DNA of 34,705 nucleotides from Candidatus Thorarchaeota archaeon. Lineage in GTDB: Archaea > Asgardarchaeota > Thorarchaeia > Thorarchaeales > Thorarchaeaceae. This document shows positions 1 to 9,672 of this stretch, in pieces; position 1 is the first letter of the stretch, and each line of letters starts with the position of its first letter. The translations under genes and the position numbers were made by a program. The DNA is taken from the NCBI GenBank assembly GCA_048882485.1, contig JBHLRP010000032.1, positions 1-34,705 of the forward strand, given 5' to 3'. Below the pieces are notes generated by a model. It saw only the letters and a program-made list of their open reading frames with translations. It did not search any database and had not been told where the DNA came from.

Positions 1-74
1 GCAAAGCCCGTACCTACTTCCTTTACTAGGCCGGAGCTTTCACGCACGAATAGGAGTTTTTGTTCCTCGCCCAT
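1..74 (-). CDS. APC-family amino acid permease, N-terminus only (runs off the window edge)
   Basis: Minus strand from ATG at 74 reads MGEEQKLLFVRESSGLVKEVGTGF. This matches the LFxRxxSGLxK start of archaeal APC permeases and of the paralog at 7200-8780 (VLFLRPTSGLTK). A GGAG RBS lies upstream. Confidence 0.7.
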   Translation of the reverse strand, partial: MGEEQKLLFVRESSGLVKEVGTGF

Positions 75-323
75 TGCGTTCTTCTCCAAATTTCTCTCTC
101 ACGGTGAATTGTGAATCTCTCTCCGTGATGAGCCAGAAGTAACGCATTTCCTCTATTAAAACCTTAAGGCGCGCATCTTATGCACTACTTTATGAAAAAG
201 TTAACATTTCGCGATTTAATACAATACTCATACAATGAATTGAATATTACTCCATCGACTAATGCAGAACTTGGATGTAAATGACGGTCTGAGTCGATTA
301 TATGTTGACTCATGAGTGGAACG

Positions 324-1109
324 CTACTCTTCCGTGGATAGACGTTCCCAAAACTCATCGTCCGGTATAAGGACCTCGACTTTTCTCTCTCTCACACCGG
401 TGCGGCTCTCCAAGAGAACGTTAAGGCATATTTCAATGTCCATCAGGTGGACTGGAGGCACTGAAACCTTTACATCTATACTAGCATAGCCAAGAGCTTC
501 GTCCTTTGCCTCAGGGGTAACGACACCATTCGATATTAGAACTCCTTGATTGGCCTTGAAGGTTGGTAGAGCACCACGGATCTCAAGTATTGTGTCACGA
601 TCTATCTTCTCGTCAAGACGACATTTCTTCGCATATACAACAACAGGAGACCTCCCTCCATCGTCTCGCCAAGACGTGGTCATGACAATAGTATTGTTGT
701 AGCGCCTGATAACCTCAGATTTCTCGACTCTGGCCCTGATGTTCAGTAGAATAATCTTCGCTAGCTCCTCAAATCCATGGATGTCAAGATTAGCAATCCT
801 CTGTCGCATTTCTCTGCGCGTGGCTAGGTTGAACTCTTCTGCACGATCACGAACCTCTCTAATTAGATCCTCATCAACAGCACCCTCACAGAGGTCATTA
901 TACTGATATAGGCCTGGTCGAATTCTAACGAAATAGGGTGGTCTATTGTCCTCCTCAGCCTGTTTTCTCTCAATAGATAATGATGCAGAAACTGAAGCGG
1001 CATCACGGCCAAGAGCCTCAGCAATTTTCCTATAATGTACAGGTTCAGTACGTGCGTGCGCAGCAAGCCACTCTTTCAATGTTAGTCGGTGTCCGTTCGT
1101 TTCAGTCAA
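324..1109 (-). CDS. HARE-HTH + Mrr-like restriction endonuclease-fold protein (catalytic motif degenerate)
   Basis: N-terminal wHTH (PVHYRKIAEAL...FVRIRPGLY). Mrr_cat-like region: GFEELAKIIL, VVVYAKK, IxEIRGAL, GVLISNG, PEAKDEA, VHLMD. Confidence 0.7.
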   Translation of the reverse strand: MTETNGHRLTLKEWLAAHARTEPVHYRKIAEALGRDAASVSASLSIERKQAEEDNRPPYFVRIRPGLYQYNDLCEGAVDEDLIREVRDRAEEFNLATRREMRQRIANLDIHGFEELAKIILLNIRARVEKSEVIRRYNNTIVMTTSWRDDGGRSPVVVYAKKCRLDEKIDRDTILEIRGALPTFKANQGVLISNGVVTPEAKDEALGYASIDVKVSVPPVHLMDIEICLNVLLESRTGVRERKVEVLIPDDEFWERLSTEE

Positions 1110-1320
1110 TTAGACCAGCCTTCTTTTCCCCGTGATGGCAAGTTCCCTGTTTGATGTTTCGTTCAGCCCTGGTTAGGGTATATCACTCTTGTGTAGGCAC
1201 GAGAGCTACCGCCTGAAAACACTTGTGGTGGCTTAATATGCCCTCATGCTTAGAAACTGTTCCGTCATACTTAACTTAAACTTTAGCTATTTTGACTTGA
1301 ATGTTAAGGAAGTGTATGCA

Positions 1321-1611
1321 ATGACAGAGGTCTTTGTCAAACTCATGAATAAGGGGCTCAAGTCACATGAACATGACAAATTCAGCTTTGAAACTCAAGA
1401 CGGAGCTACTGTCAGAGACCTGATTGACGACCTTCGAGAATCTTATGGGGAGAGATTCGAGCCATACCTTGAAGAGAAGGGCAGCGGTAAGCTGCGAAGA
1501 GATGCAATTGTCATTGTGAATGGCAAAAACATGGTAGCACATCAGGGAGAGAAAACAAAGCTCTCGCGAGGAGACCTCATTGTATTCATGATTGCTGCAG
1601 TTGGGGGATAG
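1321..1611 (+). CDS. MoaD/ThiS/SAMP ubiquitin-like (beta-grasp) protein
   Basis: TVRDLIDDL, IVIVNGKN, LSRGDLIVF and C-terminal VGG. Start moved to ATG 1321. Confidence 0.88.
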   Translation: MTEVFVKLMNKGLKSHEHDKFSFETQDGATVRDLIDDLRESYGERFEPYLEEKGSGKLRRDAIVIVNGKNMVAHQGEKTKLSRGDLIVFMIAAVGG

Positions 1612-1619
1612 ACCAATAG

Positions 1620-2813
1620 TTAGTCCTCAGGGAAATAGTCAGGCTCAAGTATCTCCCTATCTACAATGCCGGCTGCAACAGCTACAAGTTCTGCAACATC
1701 CAAGACTCTTGCTTCAATATCAGCCGCGTAAGTACCATGGGTGAGATTCATCTCGCATGCCGGACAGATTGTTGTGAGTATTTCAGCATTGGTTTCGATG
1801 AAGTCGCCAATACGTTCCTCTGCAACCTTATTTGAATGGTCTTCGTACATGATTTTGACCCCTCCACCGCCGCCGCAACAAAATGCTTCTTCGCGATTTC
1901 GCCTCATCTCAATTAGCTCTATGCCAGGTAGCGCTTCGAGGACTTTGCGTCCAGGGTTGTAAATCCCTCGGAGTCTGCCAATTTCACATGGATCATGGTA
2001 GGTCACTTTCTTTTCAATTGGAACTTTGAACTTGAGTTTCTTTTCTTTCACAATCTCCTGAAGGACCTCGCTGGTATGCCTCACTCGGAACGGAACCTCT
2101 TCTCCTAGCAACTTTGGATATTCCTCATCGAGCGCTCTAAAGCAGCTGGGGCAGGGAGTGATTATCTCGCGTATTCCCAGCTCGACAAGCATGTTGACGA
2201 AATCTTCTGCATTGCTTTTTGCCTCAGAGTCCTTGCCAGTTATCCAATAGGGCGTCCCGCAGCATCTCTGTTTCTCTCCTAGGAAGTTGAGTTCGTATCC
2301 CGCGGCCTGCAATGTTTGCACAAGTATTCTGGTCTTCTCCTTGAATCGATGACTGGCTAAACATCCCGGATAGAACAGGGTTTTGGCATCATCTGTGAAT
2401 TTCAAGCCCTCAGCCCACTTTGTGTGCTCAGCTGGTGGGTCAGCAAAGATATTCCCACTATCCACAACAGTATCAGCCATCTTTGCTCCGGCTTCGGGAA
2501 TCCTAATCCCCTTTTCCACGAAATCAGCTCTCATGGCCTTTGTAATATCAATTGTATTGATGTCCGCTGCCTTCTTGCACTCCTCTTGGCAACGACCACA
2601 CATGAAACACCCGAAAATCCGTTCAGCCATCTCCTCAGAGTAATCCAGCTTTCCCTCCAGAATGCCGCGAGCAATTGCAATCCGGCCTCTCAGAGTCGAC
2701 GATTCCCAGAATTGCGTGAAGAGTTCGGGACATCGCTCATCGAAGTCTGTCCCATGACATAGGTTGCATCTGCCGCATGCGTAAATCATGTCCTTGTAAT
2801 CTTCGATTCTCAT
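1620..2813 (-). CDS. GlcF/HdrD-like Fe-S oxidoreductase subunit with two CCG domains
   Basis: CxxCxxC...CP, CxxCxxCxxxC, YPGC, CCG, CPSC, YHDPC, CCGGGGG, CPAC. Confidence 0.9.
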   Translation of the reverse strand: MRIEDYKDMIYACGRCNLCHGTDFDERCPELFTQFWESSTLRGRIAIARGILEGKLDYSEEMAERIFGCFMCGRCQEECKKAADINTIDITKAMRADFVEKGIRIPEAGAKMADTVVDSGNIFADPPAEHTKWAEGLKFTDDAKTLFYPGCLASHRFKEKTRILVQTLQAAGYELNFLGEKQRCCGTPYWITGKDSEAKSNAEDFVNMLVELGIREIITPCPSCFRALDEEYPKLLGEEVPFRVRHTSEVLQEIVKEKKLKFKVPIEKKVTYHDPCEIGRLRGIYNPGRKVLEALPGIELIEMRRNREEAFCCGGGGGVKIMYEDHSNKVAEERIGDFIETNAEILTTICPACEMNLTHGTYAADIEARVLDVAELVAVAAGIVDREILEPDYFPED

Positions 2814-4199
2814 TCAGAACTCCTCCTCCGGTATGAATATGCCACGTTGCAGGATATTCTTGGGATCTAGGGTTCGCTTCAAAGTCTTCAGCAAGCGATA
2901 ATAGCCAGTGTCGCGTGCAGCTACAAATTGACGAAGCCCGTCTCGCCCGCCTATTCCATATGGAACCACTGGCCCAGCCAGCACCATTTCATCTATCTCA
3001 TCACACATCTTGACAAGCTCATCCCATTCTTCAGGCTCTTTGTAGTTAGTTACCATGAAGGCCAGCCATCGCCTCGGCAGGACCTGTCCACCAAATCCAG
3101 CCTTTGTGTAGCCTCTCTTCTCGATAACCTCCTCCCTCCAGACCTTGTAAAGGAATGAGATATCATCTATTCTCAAAGAGCCTGAGCCAAAGAAGTGCCA
3201 AACACCAGTTTTGAACAAATCAGTGAGCCCTGTAAGAATCCGACCATAGTAGTCATCTGCAGGGGCACGGTCTCCAATCTCACCGCCCAGATCCTTAATC
3301 TTATCCTCAATTCGTTTCTTGCGATGTGCGACAATCTCTCGCTCATAGCCAAAGATATCCATCATCAGAAAGAACACATCAGGAGCAGTAGGATCCACCC
3401 ACAGGTATATCCCCTGCAAAAGCTCATCCCCCACATGCTGATTGATGAAATGGCCGAACTCAATCACTTCATCAAGCGTTGGCATGACCGCTGTCAACCG
3501 CTCACTAATATCAACCGCAGGACGAATTCGCAGAGTTAGTTCGGTGCAGATTCCAAGAATGCCCTCTGCGCCTATGAACATCCCAGCCAGGTCTGGGCCC
3601 AGGCATTGCCGTTCAAACTTACCTGCACTAGGCCAAGCGGCACTGCCTGTTTCCACAACATCACCATTTGGCAGGACCATTTCGAGAGTTATCACATCTT
3701 GATTCCCATGGAATCCGAACTTTGCAGTGGAATGTGGACCTCCTCCGGCTTTCATCACTGAGCCGCCAATAGTCATGGCAGGACCGCCAGCTTCACTGCA
3801 AAGATAGGTTAGACCTTTGTCACGTAGTTCCTGATCCAACTTGGCCCAAGTACAGTTGGGTTGGACAGTCGCCACAAGATCCCTCTCATTTATGTCAAGA
3901 ATCTTGTTCATCCTTCCCAAGTCTAGCATAATACTTGGACCAGATACCTGAGGGAGAAAGGCATCCCAATGTGAGGTGCCGCCGCCCCTGACATATACTG
4001 GAACATCAATGTCATTGGCAATCTTCAGAATGCCCTGAATTTCTTCACGGGTTTCTGGCATCACTACGTGGCTTGGCTTCTTCTGCTTTGCAGGACTAAG
4101 GTCTCTGCTATAGGGGATAATATCGAAGTCCCTATCGGTAACTCGGTCTGAGCCAACCACATCGACGAGAAGCTCGGTTATCTTCTTCACATCAACCAT
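2814..4199 (-). CDS. FAD-binding oxidoreductase (VAO/PCMH, GlcD-like)
   Basis: VRGGGTS, TIGG, LEMVLPNG, GAEGILGI, LDPKNIL. Abuts the Fe-S gene. Confidence 0.88.
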   Translation of the reverse strand: MVDVKKITELLVDVVGSDRVTDRDFDIIPYSRDLSPAKQKKPSHVVMPETREEIQGILKIANDIDVPVYVRGGGTSHWDAFLPQVSGPSIMLDLGRMNKILDINERDLVATVQPNCTWAKLDQELRDKGLTYLCSEAGGPAMTIGGSVMKAGGGPHSTAKFGFHGNQDVITLEMVLPNGDVVETGSAAWPSAGKFERQCLGPDLAGMFIGAEGILGICTELTLRIRPAVDISERLTAVMPTLDEVIEFGHFINQHVGDELLQGIYLWVDPTAPDVFFLMMDIFGYEREIVAHRKKRIEDKIKDLGGEIGDRAPADDYYGRILTGLTDLFKTGVWHFFGSGSLRIDDISFLYKVWREEVIEKRGYTKAGFGGQVLPRRWLAFMVTNYKEPEEWDELVKMCDEIDEMVLAGPVVPYGIGGRDGLRQFVAARDTGYYRLLKTLKRTLDPKNILQRGIFIPEEEF

Positions 4200-4372
4200 A
4201 TTAGGACCTCCAGCCTGAGGACGGATCTCACTATCCGTGATTTAACGAATGAGTGTGGTCCGGGGTTAATTAAGCACTCCGATTTAAACCATGTTAAAGG
4301 TCCAAAAGGAGTGGGTATGGATTCACCTTTGCCTCTTAGGGGTTCCAGCATTCCTTTGAAAGGGGTGGCTGT

Positions 4373-4849
4373 CTACTTCTGCCATCTATAGATGCAATAG
4401 TCATCTCCACGCATCATGCAAAGAGGGATAGTCATTTTGAGGCCTGAGTCCACTGCCTGAGCAATGCCTTCATCAATCTTGCACACCCAGTGACAAATGT
4501 CTTCATTCGCACCCTTCGCTCGAAAGGTGTCAATCCATGGACATGCTGTGACTTTGATGTCAAGCAGACTATCTGAAATATCAGTTATCTCCAGTTCAAA
4601 TCCGAAGAATGGATGAGCAGCCGCAAAGAACTCATAAATGGATCTCAAGTCGCCTCTTCTGAGTCCTCCGTTCTTGACTCCATCCTCTCCTAATTCAAGG
4701 CCATGAAGACGATTTGCTTCGCCAAGTTCTTCAAGCCCTTTCCTACCAAATTGCATCCTTACTGTTTCAACGTACACGGTGTGCGCGGCAGCAACAGTAG
4801 ACATGCCAACTTTTCTGACATCATCTGCTGAGGGTCCTTCCATCTTCAT
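4373..4849 (-). CDS. V4R/ATC-hydrolase-like small-ligand-binding protein
   Basis: CPW...C...C..D.G...CMMRGDDYC pattern typical of the V4R/L-ATC hydrolase family. Confidence 0.7.
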   Translation of the reverse strand: MKMEGPSADDVRKVGMSTVAAAHTVYVETVRMQFGRKGLEELGEANRLHGLELGEDGVKNGGLRRGDLRSIYEFFAAAHPFFGFELEITDISDSLLDIKVTACPWIDTFRAKGANEDICHWVCKIDEGIAQAVDSGLKMTIPLCMMRGDDYCIYRWQK

Positions 4850-4865
4850 TTCTCCTTTGTTTCTT

Positions 4866-6305
4866 CTACTTTGCTTTAGCTCTTTTGTCTATAATCTTCC
4901 GCATTTCTGCTTCCACATCTTTGCCCAGTGGCTCAACCTCATGACTTGAGAGAATCTCCTTTACTTGTTCCTTCGCCCTCTGGAACATATCTTTCGAGCC
5001 TCTCTTTTCCCATTCCGGTCTGGAAGCCCTTTCAGTCAACACAGGCTGCCATTGCTCCTCTAGTAGATGCTTCTTAGTAAATCTCAACGCATCTGGGGTG
5101 TTGAGATAGTTTTTCTCATGCCCTACTTTTGCTATAAGATCAGCAGCAAGAGTTTCTTTTGTCACCCTCATTCCTTTTGCGATTCGCTTTATGGCTCCAC
5201 AGATTTCATTGCTTATTCCGAACAACTCGTAGCTAGCGGTCACTCCAGCCTCCACTATTCCATATACTGCGTCATGAACCACATCAGCACCAGCAAGGGT
5301 TGCAACTAGGACATTGATGGTGTTCTCGTATACAGCTTGATGATCAGGAATCTTTGAGTCAATGACGCCTGCTGCACCATAATATGGAATCCCATAGAAT
5401 CTAGCCATCTGCGAAAACGCCGCATGAATCAGCCCATTCTCAGGCGACCCATAGGCAGCTGTACCATACCGCTGGTCAAGAATAGTTGCACAGGAACCCC
5501 ACATAATGGGTGTACCAGGTCCTACAAGCTGTGTCAGAACAACTATCACATGGTTCTCGACTATCCCCTGCACTATTGTTCCTGCTAGCGTAACCGGAGC
5601 ACTAGCACTGGCAAGAGCACCAGTACTGATGTCAAACGGTATCTTGTATTTCGCGCATTCCAGAATCATATCAATGATTTCCGGCGTATACTTGAGAGGG
5701 GGAACATTGTTGAAGCCTGTATCAATTAATGATGGATTCTTGATGAACTCCTCTTCACCCCCAGCCACAATCATTGACATTTTGATCACATCTCTCCAAC
5801 CATCGGGAGTTAATGCAACCAGGCTGAGATGCTTCTCAGCGTTCTTGAACATAGCCAAAGCCATTTCTTGCTCCCAGATGGTCTTCGACACATCTTGTGG
5901 AAGGATGTTTGGCTTGATGTAGTCTACAGTTGCGAAGTAATCTGCAAGAAGTGTGAACTCCTCTAGATCCTTCAGTGTAGATAGTCTTCGTTCACCCGTT
6001 TCCAAGTCTATAGTATAATGAGCTCCAAATGCATTCGTATAATATGACGCTCCATCTCCGATCACGAAATCGTACTTCGGATTTCGCGATGCCATCAAAT
6101 GCCTTCCAGGCGATTTCTGCAGAGCATCCTGCAACAGGCTCTCAGGGATTTTCACCACTTTGGACTTTTTATCTACATCTGCTCCTGCATCCCCGAGTAG
6201 TTTCAGTGCCTTATCATGTTGAACCATTACTCCAACATTTTCAAGAACCTCCATGGCTGCTACATGGATGTCGGCTATTTCGTTTCTACCTAGTAAATTA
6301 AACAT
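4866..6305 (-). CDS. Trimethylamine methyltransferase (MttB) superfamily, non-pyrrolysine
   Basis: APVTLAGTIVQ, PGTPI, GSPE, DSKIPDHQA, GIVEAG. No in-frame TAG; Val occupies the Pyl-equivalent position (AGVIDSK). Confidence 0.92.
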   Translation of the reverse strand: MFNLLGRNEIADIHVAAMEVLENVGVMVQHDKALKLLGDAGADVDKKSKVVKIPESLLQDALQKSPGRHLMASRNPKYDFVIGDGASYYTNAFGAHYTIDLETGERRLSTLKDLEEFTLLADYFATVDYIKPNILPQDVSKTIWEQEMALAMFKNAEKHLSLVALTPDGWRDVIKMSMIVAGGEEEFIKNPSLIDTGFNNVPPLKYTPEIIDMILECAKYKIPFDISTGALASASAPVTLAGTIVQGIVENHVIVVLTQLVGPGTPIMWGSCATILDQRYGTAAYGSPENGLIHAAFSQMARFYGIPYYGAAGVIDSKIPDHQAVYENTINVLVATLAGADVVHDAVYGIVEAGVTASYELFGISNEICGAIKRIAKGMRVTKETLAADLIAKVGHEKNYLNTPDALRFTKKHLLEEQWQPVLTERASRPEWEKRGSKDMFQRAKEQVKEILSSHEVEPLGKDVEAEMRKIIDKRAKAK

Positions 6306-6322
6306 GCAATATCACCTCTAGT

Positions 6323-6973
6323 TCAATTCTCGCCTACCAGCTGCTTCACGAGTTCGACTGCACTAACTGCATCACCTGCCCAGCCATCAGCCCCTATTTC
6401 GAGTGCCCACTCATTGGTTGTGGGTGCCCCTCCAATAATGACCTTCAATTTATCCTTCAATCCAGCTTCGACTAGCTTTTCGATAACTTCCTTTTGCGCT
6501 GGCATTGTAGCTGTCAATAGAGAAGACAGTCCTAATATGTCGGGTGAGTGTTCCTTCACCTTTTCAACGAATACCTCAGAGGCAATATCCTCACCAACGT
6601 TAATCACTTCAAAACCCTCTGCTTCTAGAAGTGTAGCCACAATATCCTTGCCGATGCTATGGATATCACCTGCCACCGTACCCAGTATGACCTTTCCAAG
6701 CGTCTTCATCTCAGCCTTGGATGCTTTTATTTCTGGTAGCAAGACAGACATGCCAGCTTTCATGGCATCTCCAGCCATGATTAGCTCAACCAGAAAGACT
6801 TCCCCTTTGCTGAACTTATCCCCAACAGCTTTCACGCCTTTTGCAAGTCCATTGGTGATAGCGTTAAGGGGAGGTATGTTTTGCTCCAATGATTTCTTTG
6901 CGAGATCCTCGCATTGCTCAGAATCTCCTTCAATGACGGCTTTTTCCAAATCCTCGAATATATCGGGACTCAT
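6323..6973 (-). CDS. Methyltransferase cognate corrinoid protein (MttC/MtbC-like)
   Basis: B12 cap domain plus GDIHSIGK (DxHxxG), SSLLT, IIGGAP. ATG 6973 has a GGAG RBS. Confidence 0.93.
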   Translation of the reverse strand: MSPDIFEDLEKAVIEGDSEQCEDLAKKSLEQNIPPLNAITNGLAKGVKAVGDKFSKGEVFLVELIMAGDAMKAGMSVLLPEIKASKAEMKTLGKVILGTVAGDIHSIGKDIVATLLEAEGFEVINVGEDIASEVFVEKVKEHSPDILGLSSLLTATMPAQKEVIEKLVEAGLKDKLKVIIGGAPTTNEWALEIGADGWAGDAVSAVELVKQLVGEN

Positions 6974-7108
6974 GTCATTTCTCCTCCTGCATATGATACA
7001 AGCATGAATACACAGAATTGTGAGCTGCTTGAACGCTTCACGCAACTTCGCCTATTATCTGTGGGTCTTATATCTCTAGTCGTTCTTCTTAAACGACTGA
7101 TAGTCGCT

Positions 7109-7120
7109 GGGATTTAACTC
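7109..7120. promoter_or_regulatory. Recurring intergenic motif GGGATTTAACTC (copy 1)
   Basis: Exact reverse complement of 13221-13232. The 10-mer core also occurs at 18801-18810. Confidence 0.45.
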
Positions 7121-7147
7121 ATTTTATATTCATGAAGATTCAATTCC

Positions 7148-7155
7148 AAAAAAAA
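7148..7155 (-). terminator. Oligo-U (T8) archaeal terminator after the permease
   Basis: A8 run on + (T8 on -) about 45 nt downstream of the permease stop. Confidence 0.5.
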
Positions 7156-7199
7156 GAAGGGGATGCCCGAGGGTTGTTAGTCCTCAGGCTATGGTGGAT

Positions 7200-8780
7200 T
7201 TACTCAGGTGATAGTGACGTGTATATTGCATCGAGGTCTATGTTCTGCTTCTGTAACTGCCGTGCAAAATACACAAACCATAACGCCGAGAATCCATATT
7301 GGACGCACATCGAGACAATCGACAGGAATGCTGCTCCTTGGAAGAATCCAATCAGTAAGAATAACGAAACTGGCAATATGATTACGCCAAGTAACGACAC
7401 CAAAGCAAATCCTGCGATCTCAGGTTGCGCTCTTATGCTCCCTTCATATAACGGCCGCCGTATGAAGGGCAATTGTAACGCAGCCATTGACTGGAATAGC
7501 ATCTCGATGCCCCACAATCCCACTAGCGAAGTGACTACGGCCAGGAAACCACTTAGCCCTGGATTTGCGTAGGCAAATGCAAACGGAGCACCAAATAGGA
7601 AGTAGTACAAGATTGCATAGGTTGGTGTATGATACTTCGAGAGTCTGCCGAAGATGGACGGCATCATTCTGTCAAGTGAAGCTTGGAAGAATCCTCTCGT
7701 GACCCATGCCATGTTTATTGGAGTAGCCGTAAGTCCAATGACTACTGGTGAAAGTAATATCCATCCAGAGATCAACGGATTTGCAGCTAACACCGCAGTG
7801 AATGTCCCTAGGCCTCCTTGGAAAACACCCGTTTGTGTCAAGTTGCCTGATGCTGCTGCCACACCATATTCACTAGAAAAGGTCCCAAAGACCCCTTGGA
7901 ATAGGCCAGCACCTGCTGTTAAGAATCCCGCAAGAATGAGCCCACCCAGAAGCTGAGTCAGCACTAGGTTCTTTGCTGGATCCGATACCTCTCCACCATA
8001 AAGCAGGATAAGATATGGCCACGTTAAACCTATGGGCCACACCGTTGCCAACAGTGTCATTTCTATGCTAAACGCCGGCGCTGCATACCCTGCAGCAGCG
8101 GCCACTGTTTGCACCTCTGAATATGCTCCTGCACCCCAAACTGCATCCCAGCGGCCTTGGACAGCAGTTGAAGGAGTACCGAGGAGCACGAAGAGTGCCA
8201 TTATCCACCCTATTGTGGAGAAAACGCCTCCCGCCATCTGTATCCTGGGTTCCATCTTGAGTAAAGGCCCTAAGTATGCAATTACCGAGAATAACGCCAT
8301 TAATAGAATTGATATAGTAACAAGTACCATCGGGCTCTGTGTGGAGAAGGTGGTCCCGAGTCCTTGCATTGCGGCATTATTCGTAACGGCACCCCACTGA
8401 GCGAATGCAGCGCCCAGGAATACAAGAAAGAGGTAGAACTCGCTTGTCTTGATGATGGGATTAGCTATTATACCACGCCAAACCGCAATTGTCCCTGCAA
8501 CTGGATTAAATCCTCTTGCAGAGATTTGGTATAAGCCTGAAGAACGAGGCATGGCCATTGACAAGAGTGTCATCATGAGGGTATACAGGAGCATGAAGAA
8601 CATACCTATTCCCCATGTCATTCCGGCATTGATGCCCGGGTACATATCCTGTAGAATACCAACAAATAGCCATTGATACGTTCCTAGACTTGCACCAATA
8701 ATTGCAAACAGAGAGGTCCATGTACCGAAATACTTGGTCAGCCCTGAGGTTGGCCGTAGAAAGAGTACTTCTTGTGACAT
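7200..8780 (-). CDS. APC-family amino acid/amine permease
   Basis: About 12 hydrophobic segments; MPRSSGLY, GGEVSDP, R.F...SLDRMMPSIF, HTP. Confidence 0.9.
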   Translation of the reverse strand: MSQEVLFLRPTSGLTKYFGTWTSLFAIIGASLGTYQWLFVGILQDMYPGINAGMTWGIGMFFMLLYTLMMTLLSMAMPRSSGLYQISARGFNPVAGTIAVWRGIIANPIIKTSEFYLFLVFLGAAFAQWGAVTNNAAMQGLGTTFSTQSPMVLVTISILLMALFSVIAYLGPLLKMEPRIQMAGGVFSTIGWIMALFVLLGTPSTAVQGRWDAVWGAGAYSEVQTVAAAAGYAAPAFSIEMTLLATVWPIGLTWPYLILLYGGEVSDPAKNLVLTQLLGGLILAGFLTAGAGLFQGVFGTFSSEYGVAAASGNLTQTGVFQGGLGTFTAVLAANPLISGWILLSPVVIGLTATPINMAWVTRGFFQASLDRMMPSIFGRLSKYHTPTYAILYYFLFGAPFAFAYANPGLSGFLAVVTSLVGLWGIEMLFQSMAALQLPFIRRPLYEGSIRAQPEIAGFALVSLLGVIILPVSLFLLIGFFQGAAFLSIVSMCVQYGFSALWFVYFARQLQKQNIDLDAIYTSLSPE

Positions 8781-8955
8781 CTAATCTCTCCCTCTATTTC
8801 TACAAACCTTCTCCGAACTTAAATCAGAGAAGATGAATCGCTTATGAAGGTGTTCCGTGTAATAAGAGTTCCCGTTTTTGTTAAATCTCTTGAATCTAGA
8901 TATTAAACTGCAGAAACACACGTTGGGAATTATAAAGCACCAGAGCAATCATGTT

Positions 8956-9654
8956 TCAGAAAGTAATCTTGACCAAGTAGTATTTTCTCCAAGGCCTCGG
9001 CTCTTTGACAACCTCAATATGATTATAGTCTAGTAGGCCAATACCGACCAGATGGTCCTCAGGCTCTTCTTTCATTTGGTGGAGTGCCCGTCGCAGTTCA
9101 TTGATCAACGATTGAACCACGGATTGCAATTCTTCAACTCGGAGTTGCTGCGCTTCGGGATTATTCTCAAAGTATTCATCTATACTCTTCGCAATCCGGG
9201 CACCTATTAGGGACCGTCCGAGAAGCCCAATTATCATTGCAGAAAAGGCGATGACCATCACATATGGAGCAATCATACTGATAACTGGAATGTTTGGTGC
9301 GATGAGTCCAACAATTAACAGGACAAACACAATAGGTATCGCAATCTGCCAGAATGCTTCTGTGTACGACTGATAACGTGCAAGACGAAGAGTATGGGGA
9401 TTTGATGTTGGGCCGCGCGCCATCCTGATTAGTCTTCTACTCAGCTTCTTCCAGTTTTGCCCAAATGTGCGTCCAAGGGTTCCTTGTTCAACCATTTTCT
9501 CCACGAAGCTGAGATTGTAGAAGATGTGGGAACGATAGGCATCAATGTGATAGATTGCTTTCCGCAGGTCATCAGTGTCAACTTCACCTGGTTGGGGTTT
9601 CTTAGCTTTCCCTTTTGTGCGCCTTCTTTCTCCACTATCAATGGACATCTTCAT
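8956..9654 (-). CDS. Hypothetical membrane protein with two central TM helices
   Basis: Long ORF with GGTG RBS; hydrophobic hairpin (AFWQIAIPIVFVLLIVGL / IAPYVMVIAFSAMIIGLL) flanked by soluble helical regions. Confidence 0.7.
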   Translation of the reverse strand: MKMSIDSGERRRTKGKAKKPQPGEVDTDDLRKAIYHIDAYRSHIFYNLSFVEKMVEQGTLGRTFGQNWKKLSRRLIRMARGPTSNPHTLRLARYQSYTEAFWQIAIPIVFVLLIVGLIAPNIPVISMIAPYVMVIAFSAMIIGLLGRSLIGARIAKSIDEYFENNPEAQQLRVEELQSVVQSLINELRRALHQMKEEPEDHLVGIGLLDYNHIEVVKEPRPWRKYYLVKITF

Positions 9655-9672
9655 TCACCCACCAAAAATGTG

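Noticed and set aside
99-128. TCACGG/CCGTGA hairpin in the permease leader, and hairpins at 4207-4238
   Set aside because: Short isolated stems that are expected by chance, with no further support.
4866-6305. Pyrrolysine or selenocysteine recoding in MttB or the Fe-S proteins
   Set aside because: There are no in-frame TAG/TGA interruptions; these ORFs are full length.
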